Below are positions 7,458-17,977 of a stretch of DNA of 51,432 nt, piece by piece (positions within the stretch are counted from its first letter, which is position 1; every line of letters begins with the position of its first letter). Source of the DNA: Minisyncoccota bacterium (GTDB lineage: Bacteria > Patescibacteriota > Minisyncoccia > Phycocordibacterales > GWA1-40-21); NCBI GenBank assembly GCA_041674925.1, contig JBAYUW010000005.1:1-51432 (forward strand). The letters are read 5' to 3'. The notes under the pieces were generated by a model. It saw only the letters and a list, made by a program, of their open reading frames with translations, was not told where the DNA came from and ran no database searches. The position numbers were made by a program, and so were the translations under genes.

Positions 7458-8384
7458 TTATTTTTTCAACCATCGATAAATATCCTCCAAGGCTTTGATG
7501 GCATCGCCGACGGCGATATTGTTTTGCTGATAGAGGCCGTCGGTGCAATCACCAGCGGACCAAATACCTGACAGGGAAGTACGTTGGGTTTTGTGGTCGA
7601 TTTTGATATTGCCTTCGGGGGTGGTTTCGACTAAATCTTTGGCAAAAGAGGTGGATGGAATATGGCCGATTTCGACAAAAATACCCTCTATGGCTAATTC
7701 TGTTTGTTCGTTAGTCTCGAGATTTTTAACAACTAAAGATTTTACAAAATTATCGCCCTTCACCTCTACAGGTATAGTATTTTTTAGGATTTTCAGTTTA
7801 GGATTCTCTGACGCTTTCTGGACCGTGATTGGATCGGCGCGGAATTCATTTCGTCTGTTTATTAAAGTGACTGATTTGCAATAATCGAAAAGCTGAATCG
7901 CGCTTTCAAAAGCGGAATTTCCTCCACCAATAACTACCACATTTTTATCACCAAAAAGAGGCGCATCGCAGGTGGCGCAATAGACTATCCCTTTACCCTC
8001 ATATTTATCGGCTCCGACAATATTTAGTTTTTTTCTCTGACTGCCGGTGGTAATCAGGACCGCCTTGGCCGAATAAGAATTTTTGGCTGTTTTGATTTCA
8101 AAATTGTCCTCCTTTTTGGAAACAGCAGTGACTTTTTCTTTGGTCTTAATTGTGACGGAGTCGCCGGCGTAAGCACGCAAATGAGCCTCGAGTTTCTTGG
8201 TTAAATCATTACCGGAAATAGCACTTTCGCCTATCCAATTTTGAATTTCCAGTGACACGGTACTTTGACTTTCAAAAGTATCGGTCAGAAAAATAGTTTT
8301 GATTTTTTTACGCGCAGCATAAACACCAGCGGCTACACCTGCCGGCCCACCACCAATAATTGCTAGATCAAAAGTTTCAGGCAT
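7458..8384 (-). CDS. trxB: thioredoxin-disulfide reductase
   Basis: GGGPAG FAD-binding motif, redox-active CATCDA, GGGNSA NADPH-binding motif, GDC near the C-terminus. Confidence 0.85.
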   Translation of the reverse strand: MPETFDLAIIGGGPAGVAAGVYAARKKIKTIFLTDTFESQSTVSLEIQNWIGESAISGNDLTKKLEAHLRAYAGDSVTIKTKEKVTAVSKKEDNFEIKTAKNSYSAKAVLITTGSQRKKLNIVGADKYEGKGIVYCATCDAPLFGDKNVVVIGGGNSAFESAIQLFDYCKSVTLINRRNEFRADPITVQKASENPKLKILKNTIPVEVKGDNFVKSLVVKNLETNEQTELAIEGIFVEIGHIPSTSFAKDLVETTPEGNIKIDHKTQRTSLSGIWSAGDCTDGLYQQNNIAVGDAIKALEDIYRWLKK

Positions 8385-8398
8385 TAAGTAAGTTTACT

Positions 8399-9580
8399 CT
8401 ATTTTTTCTGTCTTCTCAAGAAGGCAGGAACCGCACCCCAATCATTGTCATCATCAAAATCATTTTTCAGATTTTTCTTTTCCTCGACGACTGGTGGTTG
8501 GCTGCTTTGGGTCTCGACTCTAATTTCTTTTTCCGCCCCAGAACTCAAACCGCCAAATATTTTACTCTTTTTTTCCTCTTCTTTAGTCCCAGTAATATTT
8601 TGGAATAAAGATTTTTTGTTTGTCACGTCAGAAAAACCAGAAGCAATAACGGTAATCTTTAATTCATTTTTCTTCAAGCGTTCATCGTGAACTGTACCGA
8701 AAATAACTTTGGCATTTGGATCAATCGATTCGGTGATCAATTTGGCGGCATCTTGAATTTCAAACATCGTCAAATCATCGCCACCGGCAATCGAGAACAG
8801 TACGCCTTTAGCTCCAGCAATTGAGAGTTCGAGAAGTGGGGAGCTGATGGCCAGTTTAGCGGCTTCAATCGCTCGATTTTCACCACCGGCAATACCAATA
8901 CCCATAAGAGCTGACCCAGCATTTTCCATGATGGCGCGAATATCAGCAAAGTCGGTATTGATAATACCAGGCATAGTAATCAAATCAGAAATACCCTCAA
9001 CCGCTTGCTTCAAAATATCATCACACATCGCAAAAGCTTGTCTGGCGGTAGTCTCACGAGAAATAGTGGAAAGTAAGCGATCGTTGGGGATAATGATCAG
9101 AGCATCAACGGCCTTGCGTAATTCATCCAAACTTTGCTCAGCAATTTTCATTCTTTGAATACCTTCGAAAAAGAAAGGCTTGGTAACGACAGCCACTGTC
9201 AAAATTCCCATTTCTTTTGCAACTTTGGAAATAATAGGACCGCTACCAGAACCAGTACCACCACCCGCACCATAAGCAATGAAAACCATATCGGATCCCT
9301 TCAGCGCTTCTTGAATTTCCTCTTTAGTTTCTTCCGCCGCTCTTTTTCCTAAATCAGGATTCATACCAGTACCGAGACCACGAGTGAGATTTTTTCCAAT
9401 GTGAATTTTTTTCGATGGGAGAGAGTTGTGTAAGTCTTGAGCATCAGTATTAACCGCGATAAATTCTACTCCTTTGACTTTGGAGTTGATCATGTGATTG
9501 ACCGCATTCTTGCCGGAACCACCAATACCGATGACTTTGATACGAGCGAATGCTTCTACTTCTGGTTTGATTTGTGGCAT
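8399..9580 (-). CDS. ftsZ: cell division protein FtsZ
   Basis: GIGGSGKNAVNHM and the tubulin signature GGGTGSGSGP. Low-complexity C-terminal linker and a conserved terminal peptide. Confidence 0.95.
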   Translation of the reverse strand: MPQIKPEVEAFARIKVIGIGGSGKNAVNHMINSKVKGVEFIAVNTDAQDLHNSLPSKKIHIGKNLTRGLGTGMNPDLGKRAAEETKEEIQEALKGSDMVFIAYGAGGGTGSGSGPIISKVAKEMGILTVAVVTKPFFFEGIQRMKIAEQSLDELRKAVDALIIIPNDRLLSTISRETTARQAFAMCDDILKQAVEGISDLITMPGIINTDFADIRAIMENAGSALMGIGIAGGENRAIEAAKLAISSPLLELSIAGAKGVLFSIAGGDDLTMFEIQDAAKLITESIDPNAKVIFGTVHDERLKKNELKITVIASGFSDVTNKKSLFQNITGTKEEEKKSKIFGGLSSGAEKEIRVETQSSQPPVVEEKKNLKNDFDDDNDWGAVPAFLRRQKK

Positions 9581-9669
9581 ATCAATATAAAAGCCGAATT
9601 TTTTTCAGCCGATTAAAAACTAATAAATTATTAAATAATTCCTACTTAGATGATAGCAAAAAGGAGTGG

Positions 9670-10854
9670 CTATGGCAAGAATTGCTTGAACCAATTTAAG
9701 ACTTTATTTCTTGCTTTGCCGACACCGACCGAGGCGCCAAAGGGTATTTCCTCGCCGTTGCCCAAGCCCCAAATACAAAGACCATAGGCCACTGACCAAG
9801 AAGAGTCTCGAATCTGGCAATTCTTTAGACTAGTTGTAAAGTTTAGGGAGCCAATTTTCGAGGGTAATTTCAAGGTCGCTTTAGCCAAGTCTTCAATTGT
9901 GGATACACCCGAAGTTCCACCGGTGATAATGATTCCGGCAGGCAAAAGACCACTGCGTCCTAATTTCTTTAAATGTGATTCGATTAAATCAAAAATATCC
10001 GACAGTCGAGCGAGAATAATTTCTTCCAATTTTTTCTTGGGATAATCACTTTCTTTATCACTATTCATTTTTAAATTTTCCGCTTCTTCGATTGGAATTT
10101 TTAGACCCAAAGCGATATCGTTGGTAATATCGGTTCCGCCGATTGGGAAGACTTCCAAAGAAATCGGAATATTGTTTTCAAAGACAACGATGGAAACTGT
10201 TTCTGAGCCAATATTGGCCAAAACACAACCAGCAATTTTCTGGGTTTTATTTAAAATGACCATTGAACCGGCCAAAGGAGAAGCCATAATATTTACCACT
10301 TCGATACCTAAATCTTCGACGGTATCGATCAAGTCATTTAGGTGGTGTTCGAGACAGGTGATGAATAGAGCTTTGACTTCAAATTTAATACCTTTCATGC
10401 CAACTGGTCGACCTAAGACAATTCGTCCATCTATCTTATAAGAAATAGGAATGGTATGGATAATCTTTTTATTTAAAGAAATATTGGAGGGAATCTCGCT
10501 TTCCGCCACGGCCAGTACGTTTTTGACATCAATATCGGTGATTTCCGAATCAGCGCGCGGAATGATAATCGAGCCTTGTGAGACAACGCTTCCCACCCCG
10601 ATACCACCAATTGAGAGAAAAGCTCTTTTGATTTTATAACCAGAACTTCGTTCGGCTTCCGCTAGAGCAATACTTAGACTTTTGGCTGTATCACCGGCAT
10701 TGATAATATAACCGTGACGCAAGCCTTTAGATTCCGCAAAACCAGTACCAATTATTTTATTAGAAATTTTTCCATCTTCGCGGACACTTTCCACCACCAC
10801 AATTTTAATTTGGTAGGTACCAATATCTATTCCCACTGAAATATTCTTCGCCAT
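9670..10854 (-). CDS. ftsA: cell division protein FtsA
   Basis: Actin-fold N-terminus VGIDIGTYQIKIVV, and GGTSGV. Lies immediately upstream of ftsZ. Confidence 0.9.
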   Translation of the reverse strand: MAKNISVGIDIGTYQIKIVVVESVREDGKISNKIIGTGFAESKGLRHGYIINAGDTAKSLSIALAEAERSSGYKIKRAFLSIGGIGVGSVVSQGSIIIPRADSEITDIDVKNVLAVAESEIPSNISLNKKIIHTIPISYKIDGRIVLGRPVGMKGIKFEVKALFITCLEHHLNDLIDTVEDLGIEVVNIMASPLAGSMVILNKTQKIAGCVLANIGSETVSIVVFENNIPISLEVFPIGGTDITNDIALGLKIPIEEAENLKMNSDKESDYPKKKLEEIILARLSDIFDLIESHLKKLGRSGLLPAGIIITGGTSGVSTIEDLAKATLKLPSKIGSLNFTTSLKNCQIRDSSWSVAYGLCIWGLGNGEEIPFGASVGVGKARNKVLNWFKQFLP

Positions 10855-10888
10855 TTGCTCTTATTATATAACAAAGGGCTTTGAGATG

Positions 10889-11230
10889 CTAGACCTTAAA
10901 TTTCATTCGAAATTTTTCTTCCAACTTTTCCATTTTTGGACCGTGGTAGTAGCCTTTTAGGTGTACACAGCCGTGGATAAAAAGATAAAGCAGAAAATTT
11001 TTATAAGAGCGATCAAAATCAGGGGCCATTTTTTTGGTTTCACTTTTGCAAATAAAAATCTCCCCGCTGTTTTTGGAAAGAGGGAAGCTTAAAATATCGG
11101 TTGGTTTATTGATTTGGCGATAAGTTTTATTTAACTCTTTAATTTTGGCTGAAGAAATATAAACAAAACTAAGCTCGTATTTTTTACCGAGCACTGCCTC
11201 TTTTATTTGTACCAGTTGGCGATTAAGCAT
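10889..11230 (-). CDS. ybeY: rRNA maturation endoribonuclease YbeY (short form)
   Basis: HGCVHLKGYYH zinc-binding motif (H..H.....H), 113 aa. Confidence 0.8.
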   Translation of the reverse strand: MLNRQLVQIKEAVLGKKYELSFVYISSAKIKELNKTYRQINKPTDILSFPLSKNSGEIFICKSETKKMAPDFDRSYKNFLLYLFIHGCVHLKGYYHGPKMEKLEEKFRMKFKV

Positions 11231-11467
11231 TTAGGAGTGACGCTGATCTGCTCTTTTGCCCATTTTGATTTCTTCCATAATTTCGGCTTTGCGGGCGAGA
11301 TTTTTTAAGGTATTTTTCTTGACTTTGTAGAACGACAAGTCTCTTTGGCTATATCTTTTAGAGCGAACTTTTGGTAAGACACCAGAACCCTGCACTTTTT
11401 TAGTAAAGCGTCTGATGACACCGAGATTATTTTCGTTTGGATTTTTGGTTACTTCAACGTTTATCAT
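11231..11467 (-). CDS. rpsU: 30S ribosomal protein bS21
   Basis: 78 aa, basic. VIRRFTKKVQGSGVLPKVRSKRYSQR matches the S21 core pattern. Confidence 0.8.
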   Translation of the reverse strand: MINVEVTKNPNENNLGVIRRFTKKVQGSGVLPKVRSKRYSQRDLSFYKVKKNTLKNLARKAEIMEEIKMGKRADQRHS

Positions 11468-11510
11468 GGGGTCTAATTTAGCACAGTCTCGTGAATTTTA
11501 CAAGGTCGTT

Positions 11511-12770
11511 CTATTTAAAGAGCTTTTTTAGATGGATTGGTAAATCAACAATCAAGATCGTTTCTTGTGAGCGAGTGGCCACATCGCGAATCATAATGGT
11601 ATTTTCCATCGCTTCTTTTTTACCCATAATCAGAATATATGGGGTTTTGGTGCGGTCGGCGAGAGCCAGCTGTCCAGCCATTTTGTCTCGGCCGAGTGAA
11701 TGATGAACGTAAATATCTTCTTGTCGCAAAATGTCGATGACTTTCAAGCTCTTGTGTTTAGCTTCATCGCCGAGTTGGATGAAAAAGACCGACGCTCTCT
11801 TTATTTTTGGTAATAATCTTTTTTCGGACTCGCTTTTAAAGCAAATTTTCATACCAATCGCTGGGACATCTTTTTTAAAGCCCAACTTTTTGCAAATGCC
11901 ATCATAACGAAAACCAATTGCTAAAGAAATATCAGGCAGTTTCGGATTTTCATTTCTTTGTTTGATTTCAAAAACCGAACCACTGGCATAACGGCGGTCA
12001 GATAAGAGATAATCATTTATTTTATAGGGGATATTTAAACCTTCCAAATATTCTAGGATTTCTTTAAAGTAAGCGCGACTTTCATCTGACAAACAGCCGA
12101 CTGGTTTTGGTGCTTCATCTTTTATCAAATTACATTTTTCATTTTGACAAGTCAGAGCTAGAAGTGGGTCTTTTTTGAAGGCCTGGCGACAAGAAGCGGG
12201 CATGGCATTTATATTTTTTCGGAAATAAGCGGTGAGTTCTCGGATGAAGCGAGCACAGGATTCGCGATCACCCAGGCTATTAATCTCGACATAAAGATTA
12301 TCCAGCCCATTGTCTGCTAAGATGGCCATCGCAGTTTTAATGATAATCGCCTCAGAAATACTATTATTGGAGCCGATAATTTCCAAACCAATTTTTCTTT
12401 GTTTCCCTTGGCCCTTTTCACCACCTTCATCGATAAAACCATTGTAGGTGATCATGATTGGCTGAGGCATGATGGCGAGATTGGTATTGAAATAGTTTCT
12501 CAAAATCGCCGCTTTTTCTTCTGGTCGATTGCTGATCTTTTCATTGGCACCAATTTTGATGATCGGCTCGCCGTCTTTCAAAGCTTTGATTCGATCGCGA
12601 TCCTCTTTCTCAATCTTAGGAATTTCTATTGGCAAGAAACCATAATACACAGCGGCTTCGGTGGTGCGATCAATATTTTTTAAGTCTAAGAATTTGGATT
12701 CTTTGGTTTTTGTTTTTTTATTTTTTGCTTTCATAAAATTAATTATCGATTTGACCTGGAAAAAGCTCAA
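11511..12770 (-). CDS. hisS: histidine--tRNA ligase-like protein (divergent class II core plus anticodon-binding domain)
   Basis: HisRS-like elements are present: RPEEKAAILRNY, RRYASGSVFEI, GFRYDGICKKLG...PAIGMKI, and the C-terminal PYILIMGKKEAMENTIMIRD. Motif 2 residues look degenerate. An alternative start at ATG 12734 (MKAKNKK) would remove the overlap with lepB. Confidence 0.55.
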   Translation of the reverse strand: MSFFQVKSIINFMKAKNKKTKTKESKFLDLKNIDRTTEAAVYYGFLPIEIPKIEKEDRDRIKALKDGEPIIKIGANEKISNRPEEKAAILRNYFNTNLAIMPQPIMITYNGFIDEGGEKGQGKQRKIGLEIIGSNNSISEAIIIKTAMAILADNGLDNLYVEINSLGDRESCARFIRELTAYFRKNINAMPASCRQAFKKDPLLALTCQNEKCNLIKDEAPKPVGCLSDESRAYFKEILEYLEGLNIPYKINDYLLSDRRYASGSVFEIKQRNENPKLPDISLAIGFRYDGICKKLGFKKDVPAIGMKICFKSESEKRLLPKIKRASVFFIQLGDEAKHKSLKVIDILRQEDIYVHHSLGRDKMAGQLALADRTKTPYILIMGKKEAMENTIMIRDVATRSQETILIVDLPIHLKKLFK

Positions 12771-13293
12771 TCGTATTAAATGGGAAAAGACGCAAGAATG
12801 GGCGACCAGTAATTAATTCTTGCTTGACCGAGCCCCAAATGCGCGAATCCGAACTGACCAAGCGATTATCTCCGAGCACAAAAAATTCACCAATCGGTAA
12901 GGTGACCTTGGTGTTTGCTCGTGGTGGATTTAGTTTATCAACATTGATGTATGGTTCGTCTAAGACGACACCATTGATGCTGACAATATTGTTTTTAATC
13001 TCGACAGTCTCACCAGGCAAACCAACTACTCTTTTTATGAAATATTTTTTTGTGTCCAGAGGATATTTAAAGATGACGACTTCGCCTCGCTGTGGCGCTC
13101 GAGTGTGATAGGTGAATTGATCGACGATTAAATACTGTCCGTCGGCGAAAGCGGTGTCCATGGATGGTCCACTGACCAAGAATGGTTGAGCAACATAAAT
13201 CCGGAATGGTATCACTATCACCAGAGAAATAACAATAATTTGCAGGATTTCGCCAACAAAGCTTTGGGAAAACTTTTTAAACATTATCGCCAT
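12739..13293 (-). CDS. lepB: signal peptidase I
   Basis: GPSMDTAF (catalytic Ser box), KRVVGLPGE, FVLGDNRLVSSDSR. I start at the internal ATG 13293 (MAIMFKK) because the longer ORF would run through the csoR promoter and start codon. Confidence 0.85.
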   Translation of the reverse strand: MAIMFKKFSQSFVGEILQIIVISLVIVIPFRIYVAQPFLVSGPSMDTAFADGQYLIVDQFTYHTRAPQRGEVVIFKYPLDTKKYFIKRVVGLPGETVEIKNNIVSINGVVLDEPYINVDKLNPPRANTKVTLPIGEFFVLGDNRLVSSDSRIWGSVKQELITGRPFLRLFPFNTIELFPGQIDN

Positions 13294-13352
13294 TGTATTA
13301 CAGAAAGCCGTTTGACACAAGGTGGTATGATATGTTCCTGATAAAACACGAC

Positions 13353-13380
13353 TTGACAATACCCTAGGGGGGTATATACT
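13353..13380 (+). promoter_or_regulatory. csoR-cop promoter with CsoR operator
   Basis: TTGACA (13353..13358), a 16-nt spacer, then TATACT (13375..13380). The spacer is the GC-rich palindrome ATACCC-TAGG-GGGGTAT (13359..13375), which matches the known CsoR operator type TACCC-N-GGGGTA. The ATG lies 6 nt after the -10 box. Confidence 0.65.
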
Positions 13381-13386
13381 GGATAT

Positions 13387-13650
13387 ATGAATAAAGACAA
13401 ACAAAAAATTATGCGTCGCTTAAAAATTGTCGAAGGTCAAGTGCGTGGTCTACAAGAGATGGTCAATAATGATAAATATTGTATCGATATTATCACCCAG
13501 ACTTCGGCGGTGAAACAAGCTCTATCAGGAATCGAAGACACTTTAATGGAAGGCCATCTAAAAACTTGTGTTATTGATCAAATTCAAAAAGGTAAAGAAC
13601 AAAAAGCCCAAGCCGAAATACTCAAAGTTTATCGTTTAAAAAGAAAATAA
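13387..13650 (+). CDS. csoR: copper-sensing transcriptional repressor CsoR (DUF156 family)
   Basis: LKIVEGQVRGLQEMV...YCIDIITQ...EGHLKTC, the C-H-C ligand pattern of CsoR/RcnR. Confidence 0.9.
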   Translation: MNKDKQKIMRRLKIVEGQVRGLQEMVNNDKYCIDIITQTSAVKQALSGIEDTLMEGHLKTCVIDQIQKGKEQKAQAEILKVYRLKRK

Positions 13651-13661
13651 AATTAATAATT

Positions 13662-14225
13662 ATGAATAAAATATCACTTACATTATCTGTGGCGTTGATG
13701 ATTATCTCCGTAATTGTCGGTTTGAGTATTGGTTATTTTATTACTCCTGAATATCAATCCAGTATGTTTGAGAAGGATACTATGGGTCTGGGTAAATCTG
13801 ACAAGAATCTTGATTTAAGATATATAAATTCAATGATCGCTCATCATCGTGGAGCTATGCTTTTGGCAGAACAAGCTTCAACAAAAACCAAACGCCAAGA
13901 AATAAAAGATTTGTCAGCTATAATCTTGAAAGATGAACCAAGTGCTATAGCAGAACTATATTCTTGGAAGAAAGATTGGTACAACGATACGCGTAAGGTA
14001 AAAGATCCTGTCGTATCAAATCTCGGTAATTATGATGAGAAATATGATTTAAGATTTCTCAATGCTCTTATCGCGCACCATGAATTGGGATTATCCATGG
14101 TAGAAGAGGTCAATACAAAATCAAGCAGAACAGAAATTTTAAATAATGTTGATGCTGTAAATACGTTCCTAACGACAACATTGAATATATTTAAGGATTG
14201 GAGAACAAAGTGGTATAACATTTAA
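13662..14225 (+). CDS. DUF305-family protein (copper-resistance associated four-helix bundle)
   Basis: N-terminal TM helix. Duplicated MIAHHRGAM and LIAHHELGL motifs are characteristic of DUF305. Confidence 0.75.
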   Translation: MNKISLTLSVALMIISVIVGLSIGYFITPEYQSSMFEKDTMGLGKSDKNLDLRYINSMIAHHRGAMLLAEQASTKTKRQEIKDLSAIILKDEPSAIAELYSWKKDWYNDTRKVKDPVVSNLGNYDEKYDLRFLNALIAHHELGLSMVEEVNTKSSRTEILNNVDAVNTFLTTTLNIFKDWRTKWYNI

Positions 14226-14238
14226 TTTTTAAATTAAT

Positions 14239-16497
14239 ATGATAAACCAAACATTGAAAGTTAAAGGTATGCATTGCGCCAGCTGTGCCAATATCATTTG
14301 CAAAAAAATCTCAAAATGTGATGGTGTAAAAAGCGTGAATATTAATTTTGCTACTGAAAAAGCAAAAATAGAATTTGATTCTGAAAAAACGTCAGTCAAA
14401 AAATTGAACGAGGAAATCGAGAAACTGGGTTATTTATTTGTAGGGCCAGAAAGTGATATGAAAATGGGGGGAACTGGTGAAGACCATAGTGCTCATACTG
14501 ACATAGGACAATCAAAAGCCGAAAAACTCAAAGAACTTTCAGAGATGAAATCTAAAGTCGATTTTGTTTTTCCAGTTTCTATTTTAATTTTTATTCTTAT
14601 GATGTGGGATATAGGTGCAAAAACTTTTTCATTTATTCCTAATTTACCTATACCGATGGTGTTGTTTAACACAATTGGAATGTTGCTATCTACTGTGGTT
14701 TTGTTTTGGATTGGTCAGCCCTTTCTCACTGGTGTTATGAAGTTTATTCGATATCGTGTCGCTAATATGGATACCCTTATCGGTATTGGTACCTTAGTTG
14801 CCTATATCTACAGTGTGATTATTACTTTGTTACCTCAGGTTCGGGTATTGTTTCAACTACCAGAGTATACGTACTTTGATGTGACTATCGTTGTGATTGG
14901 TTTTGTTGTTTTGGGTAAATATCTCGAAGCCCGCTCAAAAATAAAAACCGGCGATGCGATTGAAAAATTATTTAGTTTGCAAGCAAAGACGGCTTTGTTG
15001 TGGCGTGATAATCAGGAAATTGAAATATCAATTAGCGAAGTTAAGATTGGCGATATTATTATTGTTAAACCTGGTATGAAAATTCCGGTTGATGGAAAGA
15101 TTATTGAAGGACAGTCGGCGATTGATGAAAGCATGATTACTGGTGAATCAATACCGGTGGATAAAAAAGTGGGAGATGTGGTGGTCGGGGCGACGATAAA
15201 TAAACAAGGCAGTTTTAAATTTCAGGCCACCAAAATCGGCTCAGATACGGTCTTGGCGCAAATTATTAAAATGGTGGAAGAAGCGCAAGGCTCCAAAGCG
15301 CCGATTCAGGCTTTAGCGGACAAGATTTCAGCTGTTTTTGTGCCGATCGTGTTGGTCATTGCTTTTTTGACTTTAGGGGTGTGGATTTTGGCGGGGTCTT
15401 TGTCATTTGGTTTATTATCGTTTGTCGGCATTTTAGTTATTGCCTGTCCTTGTGCTTTGGGTTTGGCAACGCCAACCGCGATTATTGTCGGAGTTGGTAA
15501 AGGAGCAGAATACGGAATTTTAATCAAGAGTGCCGAAAGTTTAGAGAAGCTAAGTAAGGTAACGACGATTGTCTTTGATAAAACTGGTACGATTACGAAA
15601 GGTGAGCCGACAGTCACAGATATTATTATTTTAGATAAAACTTTAAATCGAAATAATATTTTACAGATTGCGGGTAGTTTGGAAAATCAGAGTGAGCATC
15701 CTTTAGCTCAAGCGATTGTTAAACAAACTAAACAAGAAAAAATTAGTTTAGACAGTGTGCAGAATTTTACGGCGCTTGAAGGAGTGGGTGTGCGGGGAGA
15801 AATTTCTTCAGTAATATTTGATATTCATAAACCACAAAAAACTGATGCGCATATTTCAGAAATTGATACGTTACAAAAACAAGGCAAGACCGTGGTTATC
15901 GTCAAGAAAAATAATGTGCAAATCGGTTTGATTGCCCTAGCCGATACTTTAAAAGACGAAGCCATTCAAGCCTTGAAGGATTTACACAAGAAAGGTTTGG
16001 AAACGATTATGCTCACTGGCGATAATAAATTAGCGGCTAGACATATTGCTGATCTGGCCGGAATCGATGAAATAATTGCCGAGGTTTTGCCATCGGAAAA
16101 GGCCTTGAAAATTAAAGAATTGCAGGCTCAAGGGAAAATCGTGGCGATGGCGGGGGATGGAATTAACGACGCGCCGGCCTTAGTTCAAGCCGACATTGGT
16201 ATCGCGATGGCGACGGGCACGGACGTGGCGATTGAATCGGCGGGCATTACTTTACTTGGTGGGGATATTTTGAAAGTGGCTCAAGCTGTTACCCTGGCCA
16301 AGTCCACCATGAGCACCGTCAAACAAAATTTATTTTGGGCATTCATATATAATGTAGTGGGGATTCCGATTGCTGCTGGCTTACTGTATCCAATTTGGGG
16401 TATACTTTTAAATCCGATCTTTGCTGGGCTTGCGATGGCTGGTAGTAGTGTGTCGGTGGTATCCAATTCATTGCGCTTAAAAACTAAAAAATTATAA
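14239..16497 (+). CDS. copA: copper-translocating P1B-type ATPase
   Basis: N-terminal HMA domain GMHCASC, CPC transmembrane metal site ([11 protein letters not shown]), DKTGT phosphorylation site, GDGINDAP hinge. Confidence 0.95.
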   Translation: MINQTLKVKGMHCASCANIICKKISKCDGVKSVNINFATEKAKIEFDSEKTSVKKLNEEIEKLGYLFVGPESDMKMGGTGEDHSAHTDIGQSKAEKLKELSEMKSKVDFVFPVSILIFILMMWDIGAKTFSFIPNLPIPMVLFNTIGMLLSTVVLFWIGQPFLTGVMKFIRYRVANMDTLIGIGTLVAYIYSVIITLLPQVRVLFQLPEYTYFDVTIVVIGFVVLGKYLEARSKIKTGDAIEKLFSLQAKTALLWRDNQEIEISISEVKIGDIIIVKPGMKIPVDGKIIEGQSAIDESMITGESIPVDKKVGDVVVGATINKQGSFKFQATKIGSDTVLAQIIKMVEEAQGSKAPIQALADKISAVFVPIVLVIAFLTLGVWILAGSLSFGLLSFVGILVIACPCALGLATPTAIIVGVGKGAEYGILIKSAESLEKLSKVTTIVFDKTGTITKGEPTVTDIIILDKTLNRNNILQIAGSLENQSEHPLAQAIVKQTKQEKISLDSVQNFTALEGVGVRGEISSVIFDIHKPQKTDAHISEIDTLQKQGKTVVIVKKNNVQIGLIALADTLKDEAIQALKDLHKKGLETIMLTGDNKLAARHIADLAGIDEIIAEVLPSEKALKIKELQAQGKIVAMAGDGINDAPALVQADIGIAMATGTDVAIESAGITLLGGDILKVAQAVTLAKSTMSTVKQNLFWAFIYNVVGIPIAAGLLYPIWGILLNPIFAGLAMAGSSVSVVSNSLRLKTKKL

Positions 16498-16505
16498 TTA
16501 TTACA

Positions 16506-17546
16506 ATGACTCAAGAAACAAAACAAAGTCAAAAATACATTTTTCACATTCACGGTATGCATTGTAATGCCTGTATTCTAATGACCGAAAGTGAGGTGGG
16601 TGAATTACCAAATATTACTTCCGTTAAATCAAATTTGCATAATCACACCATGGAAGTAGTCGGAAATTTTGGTGACCAGACGCTGGATCAAATTATGGCT
16701 GGTTTAAATGTCGTCCTAAAACCAAAAGGTTATACGGTTTCGCTTGAAAGACAAATTAAGGAAAAAAAGTGGGCGGATTTTAAAATTGCAATACCGATTG
16801 CACTGGCTTTTGCTGTTTTATTTATTATCCTACAAAAAATTGGTTTAGTTAATTTGGTAACTGCTGGCAATGTTACTTATGGCACCGCTTTTGTAATTGG
16901 TATCATTGCTTCACTTTCAACCTGTATGGCAGTGGTTGGCGGTTTAGTTTTATCAATGTCAGCCACTTTTGCTAAAGAAGGCGATAAAGTTCGACCCCAA
17001 CTAATGTTCCACGGCGGGCGAATAGTTTCGTTCTTTGTTTTTGGTGGAGTAATCGGAATGATTGGTTCAGCCTTTACTCTAAACTCTTTTGCTACTTTTA
17101 TTCTAAGTTTGATCATAGGTATAGTGATGTTGATTCTGGGAATTAATTTGCTCGATACTTTTCATTGGGCAAAAAAACTTCAACCCTCGATGCCCAGGTT
17201 TATTGCCAAACACGCTCACGGAGTGTCAAAATTTAATCATACCCTAACTCCATTACTGGTCGGTATAGCGACTTTTTTCTTGCCTTGTGGTTTTACTCAA
17301 TCGATGCAATTATATACTTTATCAACTGGAAATTTTCTGACTGGAGGATTAACTATGCTAGCTTTTGCTTTAGGTACACTACCAGTATTGGCCCTAGTCA
17401 GTTTCAGTTCATTTAGTATTAAAAATAGTTCGAAATCGGGAGTGTTCTTTAAGTCGGCTGGTCTAGTAGTAATAATGTTTGCGGTATTTAATTTAATCAA
17501 CAGTTTGGCCGTTATTGGTTTGATTCCACCAGTCTTTAATTTCTAG
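16506..17546 (+). CDS. HMA-domain protein fused to a TauE/SafE (DsbD-like) membrane transporter domain
   Basis: N-terminal HGMHCNAC metal-binding motif followed by about 6 TM helices of sulfite-exporter TauE/SafE type. Cop operon context. Confidence 0.7.
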   Translation: MTQETKQSQKYIFHIHGMHCNACILMTESEVGELPNITSVKSNLHNHTMEVVGNFGDQTLDQIMAGLNVVLKPKGYTVSLERQIKEKKWADFKIAIPIALAFAVLFIILQKIGLVNLVTAGNVTYGTAFVIGIIASLSTCMAVVGGLVLSMSATFAKEGDKVRPQLMFHGGRIVSFFVFGGVIGMIGSAFTLNSFATFILSLIIGIVMLILGINLLDTFHWAKKLQPSMPRFIAKHAHGVSKFNHTLTPLLVGIATFFLPCGFTQSMQLYTLSTGNFLTGGLTMLAFALGTLPVLALVSFSSFSIKNSSKSGVFFKSAGLVVIMFAVFNLINSLAVIGLIPPVFNF

Positions 17547-17559
17547 TATAATGTAAAAT

Positions 17560-17958
17560 ATGAAAGGAATAATGATTTCCATTTTAATCGTCGTCGGTTT
17601 GATCAGTGTGGCTATTTTCATGTCGCCAAAAAATCCAACTGTGGACAATTCAACTCCTGTGAATTCGGTTGATAATGTCAGTATCGTAAATGGTCAGCAG
17701 ATAATTGAATTGAATGCCAAGGGCGGTTATCAACCGAGAAAAAGTGTAGCTAAAGCTGGTTTATCAACCACTATTCGCTTTAATACCAGAGGGACATTCG
17801 ATTGTTCATCTTCTGTTCGCATTCCTAGTTTAAATATTAGTAAATTTTTACCTCAAACTGGCAGTACTGATATTGATATTGGTGTTCAGTCGGCCGGTAT
17901 CTTTAAAGGATCTTGTGGTATGGGTATGTATCCATTTGAAATCGATTTTCAAAATTAG
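17560..17958 (+). CDS. secreted cupredoxin-like domain protein
   Basis: Signal/TM anchor followed by a beta-rich domain ending in GIFKGSCGMGMYPFEIDF (C-x-M-x-M ligand-like motif). Last gene of the cop cluster. Confidence 0.5.
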   Translation: MKGIMISILIVVGLISVAIFMSPKNPTVDNSTPVNSVDNVSIVNGQQIIELNAKGGYQPRKSVAKAGLSTTIRFNTRGTFDCSSSVRIPSLNISKFLPQTGSTDIDIGVQSAGIFKGSCGMGMYPFEIDFQN

Positions 17959-17977
17959 TTATGTTAATATATAAATT

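Noticed and set aside
13294-13404. Long N-terminal extension of lepB
   Set aside because: It would overlap the csoR promoter, operator and start codon on the other strand, and it adds a non-signal-peptidase-like sequence. The internal ATG 13293 gives a normal TM-anchored LepB.
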